From NCBI GenBank assembly GCA_002633005.1, contig NMRA01000216.1, forward strand, positions 610,473 to 674,472: a stretch of DNA of 64,000 nucleotides, read 5' to 3'. Within the stretch, counting starts at the first letter, position 1, and every line of letters begins with the position of its first letter. Below are positions 24,401-36,400 of this stretch, in pieces. The notes below the pieces were generated by a model that did not search any database, was not told where the DNA came from, and saw only the letters and a list, made by a program, of their open reading frames with translations. The translations under genes were made by a program, and so were the position numbers. This DNA comes from Phoronis australis. Taxonomy: Eukaryota > Animalia > Phoronida.

Positions 24401-27400
24401 TAATTTGCATGTTGTAAAGTATGCTGTTCATGTACTATTTCAGGCTGAACTCATGTTCTTAAAGTCCAAGCCAACCTGCTTCATAATCATTGGTAAACCA
24501 GGCTCAGGAAAAACAACTATGGCAAAGAAACTTGCTCAGGAATGGAAATGTCAGATTGTAAATGGTAGGTTTTGTCAACCTGTTCCACCGATATTCCTTT
24601 AATAGTTACTATTTGTAGGACACCAATTATCATAGAACCTAATGCGTGTAACATTGACAAAAAATGAAATGATAATATTTCAAGTAATATTTTTGATACT
24701 AGCCACTTGCAGTCCTAATTGATGAAAATCTCCTTTATATTTAGTATAGAAACTAATAAGGTTGCTATATATTCCTATCGTCTCTCTTTATAATGTTGTA
24801 TGTTTTTTGTAATTCAGATGTTATTCATAACTGAAATAAAGTCGTAAATTATCTTAACAATTAATCTCCATTTATAAAAGAGTAAAAGTATAAAATATAA
24901 CGACGATCGTCGGTACTAAAATATACTAAAATATTCCTCACGTTTCTAGTGATGCCCTCTTTATCAAAGGTGTTATTTTATATTCTTATCCATCGGTAAC
25001 TGCTTGGCATTCCAGCATCTGTATGATTTTTTTAAACATTTTTGTTGACTTAGGTACTGTTTTTAAAAGAGGCTGCTCGTACGTTTTACTATATTTTGGC
25101 AGAAACGTCTGCTTATTCTTGCAAGTTTACAAAATTTACGATATTCATACGCCACTTATTGCAGAAGGTAATTTTCAGTTACAAGCTTTTGTGTTGAGAT
25201 TGCTTCCATTTATTCTGTTAGCCACAGTTGTCATAGTTTCCATGCAACCAATAGTGGTTGCTTTTTCAAAGTCTGCCATAATTAACTATGAAAATGCTTT
25301 TTGTTCCAGCCACTGAAGTTATCAACCAGGAGATTGAACTAAACACTGAAATGGGGCAGCGAGTGCTGGATATTCTACTACGAGGGGAGACAATTCCTGA
25401 AGCTATGGCTGCCAAAATGATTGAAGACAAGATCAACTCTCCAGAGGTGGCGCACCATGGCTATGTGCTGGATGGCTTCCCATCTCTGTCGGAGGAATAC
25501 ATGACTATAAAGGACCAACTGGAGCTAGTCAAAAACTGGAAGCTGAAACCAGACTTTATTATAAACATGAAGGTAAACAGGTCTTTTCATCATTTTTGTA
25601 ATTCTCTGAATTGGGTGCGATCGCTCTGCACTATTTTATTAGGATATTATGTAATGCAAGCAGAAAATTTTGTTTTGTTAAATTTCTCATCAAAAATGAA
25701 CTTTTTTAAACTTAATTTGTATTATACACCTGTCATAATAGTACAGCCCGTAGTTGTTTTTATTGTATGTAGCAGTGTAGTGAACCTTTGCAAATTCTTT
25801 TGTTTGAAATAACTGAACACTTACTTTGTAATGTCCCTTACAGTGTTTTGGTCACTCCAGGACCATCATTTTACTTTATGTTAAATTTGGTCATGCTTTT
25901 ATGTTGGATTGGAATCAAGTGAGCGAGAAGTGCTGTACATGATTTCTGTGTCGTTTCATAAACTTAAGTATCTGGTAACAATCATTGTCTCATTGCTTTT
26001 ATGGAGGAATCACCTGCATCTGTTCACAGACGCCCTACAGGTCATATGACACCTGTAGTCCTATGTTTTTTCTGTAAAATGTTGTTAACATACATCTGTC
26101 ATTTTCAGATTCCAGACAAGGACCTTGAGGTGCGTAGGGTCGGACAGAGAGTGGACAGCTTCACTGGAGAAGTCTATACAAAGGAAGTGTACGCTCCTGA
26201 GAAAAAGATACCCGAAAAGGTGAGTCTTGTGGATGTTAGTGGTATTAAAGTGCACATATTACACTAACAAAGAAGACATAGACCACAAGAATAACACGGT
26301 GAGGAGCAGCACAAGACATCGTGTTGTCTCATGTTCCTATCATTCCCTTTGGATTCTTCTGAGTTAGATAGAACTATCTTTAGTAACTTCAGTTAAGGAG
26401 AACTTGCACAACAGAGTTTGCCATCTAGTGGGTGGCTGCAACAATGCACGTGAGATGTTACATGGTTGTGTGTTGTTTTCAGAAAGATGACGAGGGTGAA
26501 GGTGAAGAAGAGGAGGAGGAAGAGGAAGAAGAAGAAATGACGGAAGAAGAAATGGTAAGCTATTGATTCTGCATTACAGTTGTCTTAGTTAATGCCTGAA
26601 TTTTCTGGTGAAGTAATTAGATTCGCATTGATTTATAATATGTTACAAAAATATCCATCGTGGTCGTGTAGTTTTCCTGAAAATGCTTGTCAAAAACTGG
26701 TCGAATTTGAAGAAACGAAGAACCCTTTCGGATTTTTGTAAGTTATCTCCCATTTGTCAGTTGGCTTTTGGCTGTCTTTGCCTAAGCTGACTATTGTCTG
26801 ATTCCCTGTTTTGTGGGATTCGGATGGATTTGGTGACGGGTTCTTGAATTTACCTGTAGACCAGATGTGGTACTGTTATTTTTCTGACTGTGTTAAATTA
26901 ATATTTAATGTAATGCTTGTACAGGAAATGGAGGGCTTAGAGTTACCGCCAGAGGTCATTGAGCGACTGGTCAAGCGACCCGAAGACCTACCAATGAATG
27001 TGTTAGACAACATCAGAAAGTTCAAGAGTACCCAGTTGAGGATATTGGAAGACTATATGGCTGACCATGATCGACAGTACCTGATTGAGCTGGATGCCAA
27101 TCAACCAGCTGGCCTTCTGTTCAAGGTAGGAAGTTATAGGGGCAGCTTAGTGGGGCAATTATTGCCAAAGAATTTAGTTTAAACAAGACCATGGCTTTTG
27201 CTTACTTGTAGGTTGTTGAATTAAAGGAGGTACCAAACATATTACTTTAGTTTGATGAGCACTATATGTAAATTCTGGGTTTACTAATTTTGTTAATGTG
27301 CTAGGATTTGGTGTAAGCATAGTCATGGTTTTTGTTTGTTTGCAGGATTGTGAATTAAATGAGGGAACAGACATATAAACTTTATTTATTTATTTATTTG

Positions 27401-30400
27401 ACCAGCTCTTGGTAAATATTAGGATTACTAATTGTGTTAATGGGATGTTCTGCTGAGAACGAGTGTTAATGGAATGTTCTGCTGAGAACAAAAATCATGC
27501 AATAAATTGCAAAGAAATAAAATTTCAAAAAGCATTATTTGAAGTAGAAAGAAGCAATATATTTCTTTGTTAACTCGGTACTAGTTGAGATGCTCATCAT
27601 GAATCTTGTAATTAACAAAATATTTAACCTGTCTTCCACTATTTCTAGCAACTAATGTCCAAGCTCAGCTGCTTTGTGTTGCGTCCAGCCGCTGTGCCTC
27701 TACGGCTGCAGGACCCTGAAGAGGAAGAGCACCCGGAGGACATGGACACGGATGAACTTATGAGGTTACTCGCACCCAAATTTATGGTGGCTCCTAGGTG
27801 GCGCTGGAGGCGCAGTCGGTGGTTGCGTAACTGTCCTGTGGCACTGGCTGAGGGAGACATCCTGCCTGGGAAGCCGGAGTTTGCTGTTGCGTGCGTATTA
27901 CGTAATGTGATTAGTCTGTTGATAACGTGTTGTTATTAATGTTGTTATTGCTTATAAAGGTACACAAGGTTATGTGTATACTCACTTACTAAGCAAAGGC
28001 GTTTAGTGTTTGTTATGGTCTTTCTTCGCACTATAACCGATGAGTGTTTACCTTCACACTAAAAGTTAACGCCAAATTTGTGCGTAGTTTTAGAATAATG
28101 TAAATGTAGTCTGTTACAGTGGCTTTTTAGTCCTTGATTTACCAATAGTTTGTTATAATTTAGACTTATGAATTTAGAATAGCTTAACTTAGTTTTATTT
28201 AAATATTTGTTATGCGTTACATGTCTCTTGACTTTCAACCATGTATAGGATGTATTTACATTCGAATGCTACGACTGTAATTTCAGTTTCCTAGACAAGA
28301 TGTATTGCATGGCTAGTATGGAGAACATGGGAAAATTCATGAAGAACCCTCGGCCTTATCTGATGCCTCCTCAACCCAGGCCTCCGTGTAAGATCTCGGT
28401 CATAGGCAGCCCGTTGTCCGGCAAATCTACGTTTTGTCAGTTGTTGGCTAAAAAGTATGGAGCCAAGGTGAGTAAGCCAACAGGTAGTTTTATAGTGTGT
28501 TTACTATCTTTTGTAAATACTTATTCAATGTAGCTGAACTGTTTATTTACATCTTTGACGTAAATCCTGTGGGAACGTGCAAGGCCTCCACCATTTTTTG
28601 CCTACAAACTGTTCTTCTTTTTAGATTAGTCAGCCAAAAAATCAACCTTTGGCTCTCATTCTATGGTCCTCTTCCGGCTATTGTTTTGGTCTTGCTCTGT
28701 TTCTCTTCAATTGGGCTCTTCTTGAATACCAGTTTACCTTACGACTGTATTGTGTTTTATATGAATATTTAATCTTTTTGTGCTTCTACCAATGGTATTT
28801 TGTTTTCTGTGCTCTCAGATTCTTGACATGGACGAGTTGATTAAGCCACGGATGGAGGAAGAAAAAGAACAGATTCTACTGCGGGTACGCGAGGATACGA
28901 TCGAGAATGCTATTGGCACGGTCAAGGCCAAAATACGGGAACAACAGGAGGCAGCTGAGGCTGCTGCAAAAGAGCAAGGTAAGAGGCGCACCCTGGTGTT
29001 GCTTGGTGAGGCACTAAACTTAGCTTTGTGTTTCACAAGAGTTTTTACCAAACGTTGATCGCTTAATTCATAAACAAGAAGTGCTTTGTGGTTCTTGTCA
29101 GTTTTTTTCACTAATCCAATTTAAGTTCACAAATTTTAATAGGGCCAGGTGATTCTTCATCTTTGCAGAAAGGCTTTTGGCCAAAAAGCACAGTTGGTTC
29201 TGTTCTGTTTTTTGTTTGAAAATCGAGTCGGTGCGGTATTTTTAGTTGCTCACGTTTTCAACTACGAAAATTTACCTGAGATGAGCAAAAATGATGCGGG
29301 ATTTGTTTTTTACTCGTGACATCCCTTGTCAAATCATGGCATTTCAAACCTTGCTTATGTGCCTTCATGCAGCTTAAAAACACTCAATATCTTGGCTGAA
29401 ATCAATGTATGCCATTGAGCACTAAATTTACATTTATTATTTTAGTCAGTTAGCAAAAGTCTCAAAATGAGTTGGGGTATGGATCTGAACCAATGCTTAT
29501 TTGGCCTAATAGTGGTTACAAATTCAAAAATGACTGTCAAGTTGTATGGGATATCCAACCATCCGAATCATTCTCTGATATTTATTTACTAACTTAAAGT
29601 GATTTGGATATTTTTTCACAGAGTTTATGTTTTATCTTGACATATTTCTGAACCATTCCACTCTGTAAACATAGAGGCGCTGAAATAATGCATTACATGG
29701 CTTTGTAGAGGCATATTAACCTCTTAATGAAAACCCACACGATGAGCTGCTGGAATTCTTATTCATTCTTCTGAACACCCGTGTACAATGGGAGGATCAA
29801 TGTGCTGCACTCAAAATGGCTGAGTTAATTCCTGCTTTGTTTGTCTGCGTTAGTTCATTGTTTTATGTTCTACTACTGTATTGTTGTGTGATATTTGGCC
29901 ATTTTTTTCCTCTATAATGGTAACTATTGTCTTGGTAAATTTTAGAAAAATTAAGACGCTTAGAAGAAGGTAAGCTTGTATGCGCGGGGCTGTTTTGGGA
30001 AGTTTCGTCTGACCACTAAACACTTTCCATCATTTGACCGCTCCACGCTCCAAATGCTATTTTTTCTGACTTACTAATTAACTGGGATCTTTAATTACAC
30101 ACAGTGCTAATCACAGACACATGCTGGGACTATATCCTTTATTCACCTCACTCAAGATCTATGAATCTTTTCTCATTCTTATAGAAAACTCTTGGAAAGT
30201 TGTTTCTTCCATTGCTTAATTGGCTTGTCTCCAGATAAATCACATATATGTAAATTGTTATATAGCAAAATTAAGACTTTTGGAAGATCAGCTAATGTAT
30301 TGAATTTCTGTTAGGAACTGACTTTAACTTTTTGTAAATGTTGTGCCATTTTCAGGCAATTAACATTAATTACTTTGTGTTTCTTATTTTCTGATTTACT

Positions 30401-33400
30401 AATTAAATGGAATCACTAACTGTACATTTGCTGTCTGTAACAGTAAAATCTCACCAATTTGGGACACAATATGGTTGACACGTGAAATTTTGTTTCCAGC
30501 AACTGTGGACACGGAAAACAATGTTAGAAGCGCTTGAAAAATGAAAAAAGACCAATTTTGGCAATTATTTTTGTCCAAAATTGGCGAGACTTTACCGTAG
30601 ATTCCAGATAATTGTACTTATTTAGCATTTTAATGGTTTAGTAAACTGAAAGCTAACACGTCCCTCCTTTCTGAGTGACTGTTCACAATTATCACTATCT
30701 GACCTGGGCATTGGATGGTTTCGATGCAATTATAACCACTGTTCCCCTGAGCAATTTTCATTATTATCCTGCATCGGAGAACAATTATAATGTTTCGTAT
30801 GAATTTTACATAATCTTGGCTAGGCGTTAACAGTACGTACATTTGCTTGTCAGCCACAGTTATTCTATTGCTTAACATTTCTTTGCAAAGGTTAACGAAC
30901 GGAAATAGATTTACTGCTACCAGCTACCTCATCATAATCAGTGGTTGAGATAGAATTTTAAAAGTAATTTGTAATAAGTGGTTTTGAATTAATAGAAATC
31001 GGAGAATTCCTGTGTAGACTACTAGTAGTTTTTTATGGGGTGTAGTTTTTTTATTGTTTTAATTTTTTAAGGTTTTGTAGGACCCTATTGAAAAGTTTGT
31101 GCATTTAGCCAAACTTGTACAAAACTGTTGTAATTAGCTCTGTGAAAGTATCATATTTTGTAAGTAGAAAACCTGTAGCTGTTGATAATTAAATTTATTC
31201 TAGTGTCTGACTAGGGTCACATGACCATGTCGTTTCAGTGAACTTTAACAAAAAAGAAATTTAAGGTATATTAATAACAAAATAACAATAATCACATGAC
31301 CATAAGTCATAATGTTGTTCAAGATGATATCTCAAGAATGTTGTTACTTGAGTTTTCTGAAATATCACTTTGTTTTTATTTTAGGCAACTTTTTGATTTT
31401 TTTCATTAAATATCGTGTCAGTCCTGATATGCAGTAACCCTTTATTCCAAAGCGGAGTACTCTAAAGTCATTTCCTAACTCTGTTTTGGAGGAGAATGCA
31501 TAAAGCATAGAATGTGAACGTTTCATATGACTCCTAGAGGCCATCTCTTAGATATGGCATTCCTATGTTAGCCAAAGTTGGACATTTTTCGAGAGTCCTA
31601 CAGAACCTTGAAAGTTAAATTGTTGCTGTGAGGAGAAAGTGACTCAGCTAAGAAATATGTTTTGATGTGTTTTCTATTGCCATGATTTTATTTTTTCAAC
31701 TGAAATTTAATTTGTGTTTTATTACAGAAAAATTGGCTGAGGAACAACAGAAAGAACTTGATGATGATGGTAATCTTTTGCTTAAATAATTTATGCTTAA
31801 TGCGTTCAAAGTGTGAATTTTGATTACATGGCTTTTATGTTTTAATAATTCTTTGTATAATATTTGTTAAAGATTTTATTTAGACTCCTGTTCACATTTT
31901 TTGTCTCTTTTGTTGTGAGTGAAAAATTCCACGTGTGCACACACCACCGCAACTCAAAATCGCAATCAACAATGTGTTACTGATGTGGTTAAAGACATTT
32001 AGAATGCTCACCGTTGCTCCACAAACATTATGTAGGAAAATCTGAGACTACAAAAGAAGATTTAGAAAGCAAAACGGAAGCGGAAATTGAAGAGACCATG
32101 AAAGATGAAGAATTGAAAACTGAAGATGAGATATCGACAAAGGACGCAGAGTCTGAGAGTAAGACTTACACTGTCACTCAGTAGTGTGCAATGACAATGT
32201 AACCTATTTTAGCAACCCAACACATGTCATCCAATAACTGTCATTTCTAGACGCTTGTACATCTTGAATGATGGCACAAAAGTAATTTCTGTGGATCATT
32301 TCTCTATAATATCCCTCAGCACATAACCGTCTGGAATTAAATTATGTTNGTTTCATATGACTCCTAGAGGCCATCTCTTAGATATGGCATTCCTATGTTA
32401 GCCAAAGTTGGACATGTTTCGAGAGTCCTACAGAACCTTGAAAGTTAAATTGTTGCTGTGAGGAGAAAGTGACTCAGCTAAGAAATATGTTTTGATGTGT
32501 TTTCTATTGCCATGATTTTATTTTTTCGACAGAAATTTAATTTGTGTTTTATTACAGAAAAATTGGCTGAGGAACAACAGAAAGAACTTGATGATGATGG
32601 TAATCTTTTGCTTAAATAATTTATGCTTAATGCGTTCAAAGTGTGAATTTTGATTACACGGCTTTTATGTTTTAATAATTCTTTGTATGATATTTGTTAA
32701 AGATTTTATCGTAATCTATTTTGCCCGGGGTACGCCACGAGCTATGTTGCAGAGTAAAACAAGAGGAGGATTGCGAATATTGTCATTTATTATGACGTAA
32801 TAGATAAAACTAACTAAGACTCTGCAAGATGGGCATGCAAAAAACGCCCACGCAAACAAAAAATGAAGAGAACGAACGTAGGTCTTGTAGATGACGAGGT
32901 AGGTGGCTGAATGAGAGACCACGTTGAACAGAACAAAGGAAATATGGGCGACCAATCAGGAGTCGCGTAGAGAAACGTATGAATACAAAAGTAGGCCCTA
33001 GAGGCTATAAATAGAGATGAGTAATGCAAAATAAACCCTAAGGACTAGTATCAAAATAAGGAGACAAGTGTCAAAATAATGACGATAAATGCATTTAACA
33101 AGTTAAATTTAATTTATTTAGATTCCTGTTCACATTTTTTGTCTCTTTTGTTGTGAGTGAAAAATTCCACGTGTGCACACACCACCGCAACTCAAAATTC
33201 CAATCAACCAATGTGTTACTGATGTGGTTAAAGACATTTAGAATGTTCACCGTTGCTCCACAAACATTATGTAGGAAAATCTGAGACTACAAAAGAAGAT
33301 TTAGAAAGCAAAACGGAAGCGGAAATTGAAGAGACCATGAAAGATGAAGAATTGAAAACTGAAGATGAGATATCGACAAAGGACGCAGAGTCTGAGAGTA

Positions 33401-36400
33401 AGACTTACACTGTCACGCAGTAGTGTGCAATGACAATGTAACCCATTTTAGCAACCCAACACATGTCATCCAATAACTGTCATTTCTAGACGCTTGTACA
33501 TCTTGAATGATGGCACAAAAGTAATTTCTGTGGATCATTTCTCTATAATATCCCTCAGCACATAACCGTCTGGAATTAAATTATGTTTGCACAAGTTCCC
33601 TGCCATAATTATCTTCCTTCTGTCATTCTTTCCCATTTCCTGTCCAGTTGTCAATCAAACCGTCTTTAATAGAAAGGTCGCACCTCTTCTTAAAGTTGCA
33701 ATGATCGAAGGAAGTCACTTTCAGAATGTTGCGACAGGGTTCTGAAAAACATGTTTCACTTTTCCTTAAACTACCTGATTCTACAAAAATGTCTGCTTCA
33801 CAGTTTTGTAATAGACCACAACGAAAACTAACAGTGGTACCCGTTTTTATCTTTCAAATCTTTAGTGTGCAATCTAAAACTTATGAATAGGAGTTTCATT
33901 CAACCGTTTGCGTACTAAGTTGGTTGCAAATTTTCTGCAATACAACATAACACTGGCTTCTTCTCATATGAGAAGACTGAGGATGGTAGAATTGGCAGAA
34001 GACAGCATTTGATTTCAATTAAACCCCTTGCCCTCGAGAAATTTTGGTGCTAACAACACATAAACAGATGAATGAAAATTCTTTCATAAGATTTGAATTG
34101 CTCAAAACTTCCTAGACAACACTTAAGAGAGAGACACTTGCATTAATTCGACCGTTTGTGTAAAAAAATATCTGTGTTCTCACTGACATTCTCATAATAT
34201 TCTAATCACAAGATGGCACTGCTGAGCTGACAACTGCTGTTTCAGCTCTCGTCACGAAAGTTAAAAAAGGTGTGCGATTTGGCAAGTACATGTTTCGCAC
34301 TAACACACTGATCACGACACCTGCTTTGCTAGAGTTGTATTGTTTTGTAGTGCATATTTTTGTTGCCATGTTTATTTTTATTTTTTGATTTTTGTTGAAA
34401 TAACACTCATTAATTATCTGTATGATGTATGATGACATCAAAGTAATTGAAAATTTCACTTTATATTATTGGTGATTTTTTTAAAGAAAATTGCAATAAC
34501 AACAAGCATGAATTACTGAAATCTTGTATTATGAGGTTAGTAATAGTATGTCTTACAGCAGCTCTAAAGGTGAGAAATTTTAAAGTCGATTCTTGACTTT
34601 TGATTTGAGTTTTTGAACAGGTTCATGCTTTGAAGTGAGAATCATTCGATTCAACCTCTGAGTTTTCTTTGCTTAAACATAAGATTATTTCTGTACGGTA
34701 TTTAAGTGTCCTATGCTTGTTTTTTCCACCTTAAAACGTGATGTTGCAAAGTTTGCATTTTGAAATGTAAAGGAAAAAATGTTAATGTAAAGAATTATGG
34801 TAATTTCAGACACTAAAGATGAAGGTGAAACTGATCTGGACGAGGAAAAGAAAGATGAAGACACTGAGAAAAAAGATGGTAATTATTTGTTGAAATTAAT
34901 TTTAATTTGGGAAGTCAGACTGGCGAAAATGTGTTGGGTACCAGCTAAGTGACATTTGACCAATTGGCCATTTAAATTGTTTTGGATTACAGATGTCATC
35001 CTGAAATATAGCTGGCCATCTTGAACTATTGTTTTGTGATTATTCTTTTATTCTGTGAGCCAACTGAAGACTAGTGTGTATTATCTTACAGATACGCAGT
35101 CAGAGTTATCTCTCCATGTAACAACATCTGGAATTAGTGAAGGCAAGAACATAACATTATCTGAATGTAATATCAGGCATCGAAAGCAATTCCAAGTGAC
35201 TATTTATGCTTGTGATAACTGTGCCTCATTTTTGCATAGTTTTTGGCCAAACTACTGTTTGATCAGGCTCACGAAATGTCAATCTCCATGCCATGTTGTT
35301 AGTTCTTTGTGAAACAATCTTGCCACCTGTTGACTGTGATTGTTATCCTGTACATTTTTCCTATGGCACGATTACGGTTACCAACTTTTATTGTTCAGTT
35401 TGGATTATTTATAAAGTGGAAAAATAGCTAAGCATAATTTAGTATTTTTTAGTTATGAGCAAGACTGAATATTAGCATAATGGGTTGAATTCATTCATGA
35501 TGAAATTGAAGTAGTGAATCGTGTGTTTGTTAGCAGAACATTGCCTTTCACTGAATCGTTTCTTGGTTCCTTATATTGAGGGTGTTCCCATGGCAACAGT
35601 GAACAGTAATGAGACTACTCTCGTCAAAGATGGAATGATGCCCCATCGCAGCAATGAGCAGTGACGAGTCTACTCTCGTAAAACTGAGTTCTAAATTTTT
35701 GCTATTGTAGCCATCATGTACAAGATATTTTTTCACCTTATTCAGACGAAACAGTAGACGATGACAAAGCATCATCGAGGCCCCCAACCAGGAAGTCGTC
35801 GGCGGCACCCTCTGAGATAGAAGTGGACATCTTCCACCCTGAAGTGAAAGCCATTATTGATGAAGCCGTTCAACATGCGGAGAAACAACCGGTGCAACTG
35901 CCGGCTGAAGTCTGGGCAGAGGTGGCTGAAAGGGCAATAGCTGATCTGGAAAAGGTGTCGGCTGACCGTGGCGAGGACTCTCCACTGTACGTAGTGTCTA
36001 AGTGTTTTAATAGCATTGGTGCCACTTACAATGATCAAATCCATGTGGCTTGCATTGATCTTGATCTCTTACTCTTTACAGTGTGGCACATTCTCAATTC
36101 AATTCTCAATAATGAACATTGTATTAAACACGCAGACAGTGGAAACAGTTCAGTAACACGTGCGTGCCCACACACGCAGGCACACACAACTTAAAACCAA
36201 GCTGACGGAGACCTGGCTTATTGGGGACCAACAGTGTGATATAGAGTGATTCAAACCTGTGATCCGTAGCTTGATAGGTGGATGCATGCGCTGCCACAAG
36301 ACAACACTGCTTCTGTGTAGTCATTTTTCACAGTATTTCACCATTGCTCTCTGTGCCTTTTTCATGTTTTGTCCATTTCAACTCATACATAATATACAAA

